DNA of 64,000 nucleotides, from NCBI RefSeq assembly GCF_009914755.1, contig NC_060947.1; one strand, 5' to 3'. The notes under the pieces are model-generated. The model was not told where the DNA came from and did not search any database. It saw only the letters and a program-made list of their open reading frames with translations. The DNA is from the human T2T-CHM13v2.0 reference genome, Homo sapiens. Made by a program: the position numbers and the translations under genes. This document shows, in pieces, positions 11,916 through 22,996 of this stretch. The stretch's first letter is position 1. The number at the start of each line of letters is the position of its first letter.

Positions 11916-12277
11916 AGTCTGCTTCCTATCTCATACCCGTCCTTCCTTTAAAGGAGATTCCTTTGACATAATCCAAAAGGCATGGTTCCATAACGATCAC
12001 ATGAAAGTTTTAAGGGAAATGTATAGGTTTCCATGATGAATTAACTGCTGTGTCACTACTCTGTGCTGGGTAAGAAAAAGGAAAACAATCGCTGAACCGG
12101 TTTCCCAGGGTTTGTAAAAGAAAACCATCAAAGCCACCACCTCATTTCACTTTATTTCGTAGACTTCCCCATCCCATTTTTTATGTTCTATGCTAATTTC
12201 TCAAGAAAAATAGGCCCGGCACCGCCTCTGCGCACAACCTTGCTGGTCTGGCCCAGGCGGGGGGCGGGGCCAGCACG

Positions 12278-13114
12278 ATGAGCGCCCCGGGCAGCCCCGA
12301 CCAGGCCTACGACTTCCTGCTCAAGTTCCTGCTGGTGGGCGACAGGGACGTAGGCAAGAGTGAGATCCTGGAGAGCCTGCAGGACGGCACGGCCGAGTCC
12401 CCGTACAGTCACCTGGGGGGAATCGACTACAAGACGACCACCATCCTGCTGGACGGCCAGCGGGTGAAGCTGAAGCTCTGGGATACGTCGGGGCAGGGAA
12501 GATTTTGTACCATATTCCGCTCCTACTCTCGTGGTGCACAAGGAGTGATCCTGGTCTACGACATTGCAAACCGCTGGTCTTTCGAGGGTATGGATCGATG
12601 GATTAAGAAGATTGAGGAACATGCCCCTGGTGTCCCTAAAATCCTGGTGGGGAATCGCCTACATCTGGCATTCAAGAGGCAGGTGCCCAGGGAGCAGGCC
12701 CAGGCCTACGCCGAGCGCCTGGGCGTGACCTTCTTTGAGGTCAGCCCTCTGTGCAATTTCAACATCATAGAGTCTTTCACGGAGCTGGCCAGGATAGTGC
12801 TGCTGCGGCACAGGTTGAACTGGCTCGGGAGGCCGAGCAAGGTACTGAGCTTGCAAGACCTCTGCTGCCGCACCATCGTGTCCTGCACACCTGTGCATCT
12901 GGTGGACAAGCTCCCGCTCCCCATTGCCTTAAGAAGCCACCTCAAGTCCTTCTCCATGGCTAAGGGCCTGAATGCCAGGATGATGCGAGGCCTCTCCTAC
13001 TCCCTCACCACCAGCTCCACTCACAAAAGGAGCAGCCTCTGCAAAGTGAAGATCGTCTGCCCACCCCAGAGCCCACCCAAAAACTGCACCAGAAACAGCT
13101 GCAAAATTTCTTAA
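12278..13114 (+). CDS. RAB40AL: Ras-related protein Rab-40A-like (Rab GTPase, SOCS box, C-terminal CAAX)
   Basis: 278-aa ORF with G1 GDRDVGKS, G3 WDTSGQ, G4-like GNRLH, SOCS box ([13 protein letters not shown]...[11 protein letters not shown]) and CKIS terminus. Length and residues match recalled human RAB40AL rather than RAB40A (277 aa). Confidence 0.95.
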   Translation: MSAPGSPDQAYDFLLKFLLVGDRDVGKSEILESLQDGTAESPYSHLGGIDYKTTTILLDGQRVKLKLWDTSGQGRFCTIFRSYSRGAQGVILVYDIANRWSFEGMDRWIKKIEEHAPGVPKILVGNRLHLAFKRQVPREQAQAYAERLGVTFFEVSPLCNFNIIESFTELARIVLLRHRLNWLGRPSKVLSLQDLCCRTIVSCTPVHLVDKLPLPIALRSHLKSFSMAKGLNARMMRGLSYSLTTSSTHKRSSLCKVKIVCPPQSPPKNCTRNSCKIS

Positions 13115-13270
13115 GGAAGGCACCAAAAGGAAACAAGCTGGAATCGCTCCAGGAAAAACTCTGAATGGTTACACCTGGAAGAGGGAAGATGCATTCTAGA
13201 TTCAAAGAAATACGTTTTCAGTTTCTCATGGGAACAATGCTGCTTGGGAATGTGTGTGATGCCTTCTGTC

Positions 13271-13276
13271 AATAAA
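13271..13276 (+). terminator. Proximal polyadenylation signal candidate for RAB40AL
   Basis: AATAAA about 157 nt after the stop codon, with GT/T-rich sequence downstream. Confidence 0.45.
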
Positions 13277-13886
13277 AGCACTTTACGCAGTTTGACTTTG
13301 AATTTCTACGTGGATGTGCATGTGTTTATAAAGGGGAAATTAGTACTCTGCTTAACTCTTGATAACATGAAATTTTGAATGTTACTTATATCATAATCAC
13401 ACTGCATCTTTTTCCTTAAAATAACCGCTTTTGTAAGAATGGTGATATGACAGTGATGAGTATAAATTCAAGGGAATTTGAGATGCAATGATAGTGAGAT
13501 CATTCCGAGTCATTGATATTACTAGAGGGGACTTTTTGTAAACCTCCTTTTTGATGTCAAAGCACCAATTTATAAAACACTGCAGATGCATATAGAGATT
13601 ATACGTAACAGATCTGTCCAGTTTGTGCACGAAATGGATTTGATAAAGTTTTTGCTATGTTATTTTACTACATTTGGAGATTAATAAGTGATTTATATGT
13701 ATGTTTTTCTGTAAATCTACTTTTTTGTACAAGATGTTCTACAAGATATGAAGCTAAGGGAGGAAAACGCCAAAGATATCTCTAGTTATGTTGAACATAG
13801 CCAACATGGTTTCAATGGGTCAGTAAGAAAAAAGCCATTTCAGTAAGGAATGAAATAAGTACTTATTTATGAAAATGTTTCTTAAC

Positions 13887-13892
13887 AATAAA
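13887..13892 (+). terminator. Distal polyadenylation signal (the one used by the retroposed parental mRNA)
   Basis: AATAAA about 25 nt upstream of the genomic poly(A) remnant. Confidence 0.7.
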
Positions 13893-15643
13893 AAAGTATA
13901 TATTTTTATCTTTTGGTAAAACGAAAAGAAAAAGAAAGAAAAATATGTATAATGTAACCCTGCAAGATTAGGCTTTGCAGAAAAACAATGCAATAGAACA
14001 CGGGGGGCCAGGCCCATTATAAGGCCTTAGGTGAGTAATTTCCCCTGTGCTGGCCAGTTTTGGTTAACACCTCTCAGATCGATATAGAGGTTAATGAGAT
14101 CACATCTGGGAAAGCACTTCTGAGACCTTAGATGGGAAGGAAGGAGAAGTGATTTCCATGTAGTTACTTTCCAGTTTACACTGTGGGTTATTATAATTGA
14201 TATTGGATGAACTGAGTAAATATAAGTCCTTGTACTCTTTTGTAATTGAATGACCATTTATTTGTGCATTGTCATAGGTTGATTGTAACATAAAGTCCCG
14301 CAGAAGGGCAGTACCTCTGGCCTCAGGGAGCCTTGGGGACTCACCCTTCCTGAACTCTGGTACTTTTCTATCTCATGAATTTCCCACAACATTCCTGGGA
14401 GGTAGAGGATATAATCTCTGTACCATCCTGTAGCTTAAGAAACAGTGATGTTTGCAGGTTAAGCAACCTGGCTGGGGAGCATCCTACCACTAAGTGGAAA
14501 AGCAGGGACCGGCACCCTATATGCCCCCATGCAGACTGTGACGCTGAGCTGCACATCACACCATAACCAAGCAAATCTTGCTTTCCTGCTGACCCAGGCC
14601 ACTACTGAAATCTGTATCTTCAGCTCTGAAGCCAAGCTCCCAGTTCTGTCTCTCTTCTGAAAGACAGCCTTGTCAGACCTAAATTTCCTACTCTGTAGAC
14701 AAGGGAGTGTGTCTGGGCCATTGCTTTAGAAACTGGAGTCCGCAGACAGTTCCTGTATCAGGAAGAATATGCACTCTCAGAGGGACAGGGGTCATGCTGA
14801 GGATGAATACTTGAAGGAGCAGGCCCTAAACACATGCAGATCGGGGATGCATAGAGTCTTTAATAGAAATTACCAAATCAACCTGGAAAGAGGTTGTACT
14901 AAATGACATCCCCACCACCAATATGAAACAGGGTAGACTTCCCTGCATGTGCCCACCTTACTGGAATCCTGAATGGTTTCTTTTTATACTTTGATGATAT
15001 GACAGGTGGAAATTCTTTCATTGTCATTATATTTAATTTGATGTTCAGATAACTTAAAAAAATCCCTAGTATACAAAATGCTCTAATAATCATCATTGCA
15101 TTATGTTTTTATTGCAAAATGGTCCATTTTCACATGTAGCCTAAAAACAATGAGCAACAGGCACTTGAGTCTGCAGGTTCTAGAGCTACTGCTGGCATTA
15201 CATTTCCAGGGTGTGTGTGTGGCCTCTGGGTGCTTCTAATGACACTGTTTTCATAGAAGGGGATTAAGAATGTCTCTCCATGACATTGGTTGAGTTCAAG
15301 TTTGGAGAGGATCTGGATCTGCACTTTATGGAGTCTTTTTGAATGACACAGGAGCTGGACCACAACACGCTTCTGAGCAGGCTGTAATCTTTTCCCCATT
15401 GTGGAAAGCAAGCCTGTCTGTGACCTCACCTGCTCAAGTCAGGGTGGATCCCTCCAGGATGTAAGGTACGGAAGTCGGCCTAAATCTGCTTCTGAACACT
15501 GAAGCTGGGTGCTCCCATCTTGCAGAGACCTGAAAAATTGCCTGCTCTCAGCCACCAATGCCACAGATTCAGTCACTTGTGTGAGAACTCTGTCCTGAGA
15601 GATAAAATACCATAAATTACCAGCAGCTGTTTGACACATCTTG

Positions 15644-15692
15644 CATCCATCCATCCATCCATCCATCCATCCATCCATCCATCCATCCATCC
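15644..15692. repeat. (CATC)n tetranucleotide microsatellite
   Basis: About 12 perfect CATC units. Confidence 0.97.
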
Positions 15693-16129
15693 TTGCAGTT
15701 AATAGACATTAAGGCCAAACTCTACACGATCCCTTTTGTGAAGTTTTAGGCTTCCCCAGAATAGAAACAAGGAAGTAAAGTGTGGAAATAGGGGCGTGGT
15801 GAATTCAGTTTGTAGATCTAAAAAGAGATGGCCCCTTCCTCTTAATATTCAACCTGAAAGGGTCTCTTATCATTGATAATTTTAAAACATAATTTAATAC
15901 CCTGGACCCCTCTCTACATCCACAGTTACGGTTCTCTTTACATATATTCTCTCCATTGTAACCAAAGTTCTATGAAGAATTCTCAATACTCAACTCACAT
16001 TCCTCCACCTCAGTCCTCATTGCTCATCTAATGGCGCTTTGTTCCCCCACCCCACCACTGAAATGAAACCCACCAAGGTCTACAGCCACTTCTTTTTCAC
16101 ATTTATAGATCAAGAATGTTGAAATAAAC

Positions 16130-17375
16130 ATCCTAATGTTTTCATCTGTGTAATATTTCAGAAGTTTTCTTATGCAGGTACTTATAAATTTATTCAGAAA
16201 TGTATGCATTTATATACTTATCTTCAAAAGATAAGGTTCATCCTACATTTAATATCATAACTTGCTTGTTTCACTGAGAACATACCTCAAAGTTTATTGA
16301 TTATGAATAAACATGAGTCTATACCATAGGGATAGTAGAGATACTAATGGCCAGTAAAGACAGAAGAAAAGAAATTAAAATAGCTAAAACATATTATTTG
16401 CCAAGTCCTTTTTAGGCATTGAGTCATTCAATTTTCAGAGCACCCTTACAAGGTAGAAACTGTTACTAATTCCCATTTCGTAGATGAAAATCTGAAGTAC
16501 AGAGTGAATAAAGACTTTGCCTGAGACCACACAGTTAGGGAGAGGGAGAGCTTAGATGTGTGTCCAGTACATCATGCTCCAAAGCCTGGGAGACTGTCAA
16601 AGCTCTGTTGTTAGGTGAAAGAAGCAGTCTGCGCAAGCATGCGTACTTTGGGAGGTTACTAAAATGAATATTTTGTATATTAATATATTTATATGAAAAG
16701 CTAGATATAATGAGAAAAGGTAGATGATTATGACCTTGGTGAGAGGACATTCATTGCAATCATATGGGCAGAAGATATAGTACAGTGGGATAAGCAATCA
16801 AAGGGAAATGAGGAATGTAGAAAACCCTTTTCCAAAATTTGAATTTAAAGGTTATATATATATATCATATACACATTTAGTAATTGGCAAATGAAAGAAT
16901 GGATAATTGTGTGTCAAAGGTATGCCAGTAATGCTAAGATTTTTGTCCCTCAGGGAGGCAGCAGGTGGCTGAAATGCTGGTTGCTGTGGCTGGCTAATGC
17001 ATGACCTGAGGACCTGTGCACAGGTGACTACAGGACAGGTCCAGAATTTTTCTATAAATATATTAACATAGCAAGTAGCCCAGAAGCAGCCTCTGGGCAA
17101 ACACCAAACCTTGCATCCCTGGTGCTATCTATCTCTGAGCTCGCCAGGTGATTTCCCAGTCATGCCTATCTTGCACACTGCCCCCACCCACAACCTGGGA
17201 AGCTGGATTTGGGTGTGCTCAGAAGCGTGATGTTGAGTAGCTTGTATGAGACAATGAAATACTTCAAAATGCAGAATACTTTCTTTCTCTGAAACTTTGA
17301 ACTTAAGGCATATTACAGAGATACTTGCTTCCTTCAACCAGATGTTTGTGTTCCCATGAGAAGAAATAATGAGAT
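16130..17375 (+). repeat. Ancient tandem repeat unit, copy 3 (truncated)
   Basis: 16140-16830 aligns with 37480-38160. Exon A homolog at 16954-17147 (donor gtgatt). Exon B acceptor at 17341/17342, after which similarity stops. Confidence 0.9.
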
Positions 17376-17852
17376 GTTTCCCTAGGATCCTACAAATGTG
17401 AGCATTAAATATAATTTGTTTGTTTTTATTTTAGAGTATTTTCATTAGATCTAGATACTTCTATGTTTGTCTTGATTGACTCTATTGCATTATTTTATTT
17501 GACCTTCAAATAGTTTTATCTTCGTGAAGTGGGAGCCCCTCTAGTTTGGCTTCTGGTCTTTTTGACATGTCTTCTGGTATGTTAGTTGGGCCCAGCATCG
17601 TCAGCTACAATTCCTACCCACACCTGGAATAAAGCACTTCTCCAAATAACCTGATTCCTTTTAATGGGAAATGTTTTTAGTAAATTCAATCTGGAGACTA
17701 GCGTTGCTCATTGCTATTAGATTGGTCCTTGTTTCTTGTCCTTTTCTGTGCATGGATCCAGCAAATATGTATTATGCTTTTAAGGGAATACACATGATTG
17801 TCTTCCATCCTGGGCTGTTCCTCCATCCCTTACATGCAGTCATTTTGATCAA

Positions 17853-18064
17853 TTTTTTTTGAGACAGGGTCTCATTCTGTCACCCAGTCCAGAATGCAGT
17901 GGCACAATCACAGCTCACTGCAGCCTCTCCACTCCCCAGGCTCAAGTAATTCTTCCATTTCAGCCTCTGCAGTAACTGGGACCACAGGCATGCATCACCA
18001 CACCCAGCTATGTTTTTCTTTTTAATTTTTAGTAGAGAGGCCGTCTTGCTATGTTGCCCAGACT
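17853..18064 (-). mobile_element. AluJ-type, partial
   Basis: TTTTTTGAGACAGGGTCTCATTCTGTCACCCAG...CTATGTTGCCCAG. Confidence 0.85.
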
Positions 18065-18164
18065 ATTGATCAATTTTTGTTTTAAGATTCAAATTTATAA
18101 TATTATAACCAAATGTAATATTTGTATTAGACTTCTCCTATTTCATAGGTGGCATATTCTACAT

Positions 18165-18381
18165 TAGTGGAGTCCAATAGAATTTCTGTAGAGGTGAACA
18201 TATTCTGTGTCTACACTGTCAAACACAGTAGCCACTAGCTACCTGTGGTATTGAATATGTGAAACGTGGTGAATGTAACTGAGGACCTAAATTTTTAGTT
18301 TTATCTAAAATAAAATATATCTAAAATACCTTGTTTAAATAACTACACGTGGTCAGTGCCTACCATATTGAACAGCAACAG
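18165..18381. mobile_element. MER3-like hAT-Charlie DNA transposon
   Basis: GTCCAATAGAATTTCTG...GTAGCCACTAGCTACCTGTGG...CTACCATATTGAACAGCA. Confidence 0.7.
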
Positions 18382-20381
18382 CTCCACACATTTTTCTGTG
18401 CCTTGCTTCTTTCACTTAATAGTATATCCTGAAAATCATTACATGGCAGTAGAGAAAGAGAGTCCTCCTTGCTTGGTATATGTGCATTGTACTCTAAGAT
18501 GTAGATGCACCTTATTCAATCAATCCCCTTTTAGTGGACATTTGTCTTATTTATAGTCTTGTCCTGTTACAAATTGTTCTTCTAGGAATGATCTTGTTCT
18601 TCTGCCTTTTTGTCTTTTTGAAATGTATGTTTGGGATAGATTCTTAGAATAGAGATTGCTGGTTCCTGGAGAAGACACCTGTGCCTCATAAAATAGAGAG
18701 GGAACAGGGAGTCCAGCCTGACTGGAGTGAAGAGTGGGGGCCTCCCAGGGGAGCAGACAGGGCTCTGAGATAACTGGGCACTCCAGGTCTGAGGCCATCC
18801 AGATTTGGGACTGATTGTGGAAGAACACATTTGCTTCGGTGATATGCTGCATGTCACCTTTACACCCTGAAATTACACAAATTTGGTGAGAACAGAAGTG
18901 TCCTGAAGACCTCTCACAGGTCCATGGGCGCAGGAAGGAGACAGGAGCACTGAAAATAGTGAAGTGGTTGATATCAGTGCCCTAAGCCTTCATTAAAGTG
19001 AGAAGCAAATGTTAAGAGGAAGGATTTACCACTAATTGGGTCCTCAGGCTGTCTGGAAATCATACACCTACTATAGTTTCTCTCTGACCCCAGGTCTGAT
19101 GGTCTCCCATCTGCCAGCATATTTATGCCTTCCTCCTGGAGGCACATTCTTAGCCAGAACACTCTCTCCAGGAGGTCACACTTTCCATGCTTTCATTTGT
19201 TTTCTCCTTGTATCCTCCCTGAGATGTTTCATGAGGCTTTTCTCCTCTGTTGCCTCAGCTCCTTTCATCAGCTCAGTGAGTTGTATCACAATTCAACACT
19301 GCTCTGACAAATTTAGGCACAATTTAACACTCACCTTTACTATCATTTACATGTTGCATCTTTGCAGTTATTTATTTAGAGTTAAATTTGTGGTCCTACC
19401 CCAACAGAGCTGCATGTGTTGACCAAATGCCCCTTTCTGCTTAGGCAACTCTGTGCTGCTGTAGACTCATGGCTCACCATAATTTACTCAAATGGGCAGC
19501 TTTCCTGTTGTCCACATTACATGACCTTTTCAACTGTGTTCTGTAGAATCTCTGTGCAGGATTTCCTCCTGGGATGTGATGGTTTATTTCTGGATTTTAG
19601 TCATGGTATCTTCACATGTTCCCACGTGCAAAATTGACCCTATCACTCTGCATCCTTGTTGGATGCCTTCAGTGATTTACTAGGTGGGCCCACAATGTCC
19701 CTTTCATTTCTCTCTAAATGCATCTCTCTGCCAACTTACTCAAGGTAGGGAGTAAAGAAGATGCAGGAGATGATTCCTGGGCTGCCCTGAGTCCTCTGAC
19801 CTGGGAGGATGCATTTAATACCCAGGAAGTGGATCTGACAAAATTCGATTGGTGGTGTTAGCACAGTTTATAACATCTGGAAAACACTGCATTCAAAGGG
19901 AGATATTTTTTAAGAGAAGAGAAAATGTCATTTGAGGCCAAAGTAACCTACTGCCCAATGTGGTGATATTCAGATCCTGTCTATTTAGAATATAAGGAAA
20001 ATATGTACCCCATCCTAGGATATCTCACAAATTTATTAATTCATACATTCATGGATGATAATGTGCCCTGAACAGTGGTAAGTGCCTGAGTGCCCAGCTC
20101 TTTCAATGGCATGGTCAATAAAGTCCTGTTAATATCTGCCGTTTATAGTATAGTCTTCAATATTTACTCTACATATATTGAGGACCAATCAGATCTTGTA
20201 CTTCCTGCTTCAACCATCAAACAGAATTTGGCTATCTCAAGAGGAATATGGAAATCTATTCTATTTAACTGTAATAGTGTTTCTTCTGTTGTTCTTTATT
20301 CCTTATAGATGTTTCTGGACTGTTTCGATTATTAATTATTTTGATAAAAGGGATTTTAAACTTTTAAAGACATTGGAAGTT

Positions 20382-20687
<306 letters not shown>

Positions 20688-20816
20688 TTATAATAACTGA
20701 AGAACTAAAGTAATGCAGATTTATGTCCTAGCCTATTATACTGGATGAAAACAGAACTTTAAAAATATTCATCTCAATTTGCTAAATAATACATGTAATT
20801 GGGCCTGTTTGTGTAT

Positions 20817-20821
<5 letters not shown>

Positions 20822-20858
<37 letters not shown>

Positions 20859-20892
20859 GAGTGTATTTATCATATATATATAAATATATATA
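20822..20892. repeat. (TA)n microsatellite
   Basis: Direct TA run with a degenerate extension. Confidence 0.95.
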
Positions 20893-22070
20893 TTTGGTAG
20901 ATCTTATTCCTGCTTCTACTTAAATATGTGACCCGATAATAGTGAGTTACCCCTTGTGAACCTTAACTGGGGCATCTGCAACATGGGCATATTGATACAT
21001 ACCTGGCTGAACTGTTGTGGGAAGAAAATGTATAATGCTTAAACCTATGTGAAGTGTCTAACATGTAATGCTACAACAAATATATGTATTGGCTTTCCCT
21101 GTGTTTTCTCTTCCACAAAAGACGTAGTTTACATGAACATCTCCTAGAGGTCAATTAGAGTTGAAGCAGCAGGAAATAAAATGTTTACATATTTCTATGA
21201 GAGAAAAGCTTTTCTGTCTTTTCTTTGTAGAAGTTACCTGATGCATGGAGTGGAGGAGAAAGAAAATAATTTCATTATTTTTTATTTGATGTCCTTTTCT
21301 AACATCTTCATTTACCTTCTATTTGGACATTGGAATAGCAACCTCTCATTGAGCCTCAGAAAGGAGACAGCACAGAATGACAGACCATGAAGATGGGTCT
21401 GCTGGGAAACAGATGATATCAGGAGAGCTGGGTCCCAAATACCAGATCTGTCCTTATGTACAGAACCATGGGGAGTCACTTCTCTCCTGGCCTCAACCCT
21501 TTCACAGGAAAAGATTTTATTTCCCAATAGTGGGGAGGTGTGGCTTTGGAGTCAGATAGAGTGGGTAGAATATTTGGGCACAATTAATAACTAGTTTAAT
21601 GATCTTTAGCAAATGTTAGGTCTGCAGATAAATGAAATCCATGTGTAATGCATATACATTAAATATGTCTGCATAGAGAATCAAATGGGAGGTAATTCAC
21701 AAAAATGATACATTTTAAAAAATCAGCCGTGGGGTTATTGATTAATTTATCCTGGAGCTCATTATGTTTCCTAAAATTTCACATTAGTAGGGATCTCTTT
21801 TGAATTCAGAATCAAATATAGAAACAGTAGTTTTTATTAAATATTTCAGAAATACACAAAATTATAGAATATAAGAAACTTCTATGTTAACATAAAACAT
21901 ATGCAATTAAAATTCACTTTGAAGTGTTCTCTAACTAATTAGTTTCCTTCTTCCTCACAGGTAACCACTATGCAAAATTTGGGGTTTACATTTTTAAGAC
22001 ATTTCTCTATATTTTTATTACATTTGTATAGATCTACACATGAAATATGGTATTTTTAATGGTATGATTT

Positions 22071-22996
22071 TGTTAACTGAAATATCACCAATTTATAGAT
22101 TTTAAAAAGGATAGCTTTATTTCTTATAAAAGGTTACAGCCTGCAGAGTGGCCATTCTGATGGGCTGAGAATGTAGCCGTTGGAAGAAGCCCAGAAGCAG
22201 GCACTTTGAGGGAGTGAGAGGTAAGACAGGAATTTAAGCTGAAGGGGTTGGACAAAGATACATACTCAACACGTTATAGGAGGAGCTATGAATATTAATG
22301 AAGGGGGTCCTGGCACATGGGTACTGAACAAACATGTATGTTATACATATGGACCAGGTTCACCTTGGGGTGGAGACTTCACATTTAAATGTATTACAAT
22401 TAGGCCCTATACGTTAAAAGAACTTTTCAGAACACAAAGGCACTCAAGTCCTGCCCTCTTTAAACTGGCCAGAACCGGTCCATGGTTGGTGATCTTCTAA
22501 TCAGAATAAAGTTACCAAAATCAGTCTCTTGTCCAATCAAAACTGTAGCTATTGCTGGTGGAACAGGGGCTGGGGATCAGCATCTAGTGGTGGATGAGCT
22601 GCAAGTTGTTTTAATATTGCTTATCTTGAGGCCAGTACTTGTTTAGCTGCTGGAGAAAAATGCAAAGGAAAGCTTGTGTCAATTAGAACACAGTTTATTC
22701 TTTAAGTGTAGAGTGTGTGACTTAACCCTTGCCTGGCATGGCCTTAGGTCTTATTTATAATTTGATATCTTATTGCCACAAAGAGTCTGTTCTGCCAGTC
22801 TTATGATCTCTATTTTAACATTAATGCTGGTCAATTGTCGTATCTAAACCACAAAAGGGAGGGAGCATAACAAGTTCTATCTGACCCCACTTCCTGTCAT
22901 GCCCAGGAACTCAGTTTTAAGGATTTTGGGGGGTCCTCTTGGCCATGAGGTTTGTTCAGTCGGTTGGGGGGCTTAAGGTTTTACTTTTAATTTACA
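22071..22996 (-). mobile_element. MER4-group ERV1 solo LTR
   Basis: Reverse complement starts TGTAAATTAAAAGTAAAACCTTAAGCCCCCCAACCGACTGAAC, as recalled for MER4 LTRs; TG...CA termini. Confidence 0.75.

Larger units (their letters stand above)
12203..13945 (+). mobile_element. Processed retrocopy of RAB40B-like mRNA (body of the RAB40AL retrogene)
   Basis: Intronless. GC-rich 5'UTR begins abruptly at 12213. AATAAA at 13887-13892, degenerate poly(A) at 13918-13935, and direct repeat AAGAAAAATA at 12203-12212 and 13936-13945. Confidence 0.85.

Noticed and set aside
12188-13205. Several antisense and alternative-frame ORFs over RAB40AL
   Set aside because: Shadow ORFs expected from GC-rich coding sequence.
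15439-15690. MDGW-repeat ORF
   Set aside because: Translation of the (CATC)n microsatellite.
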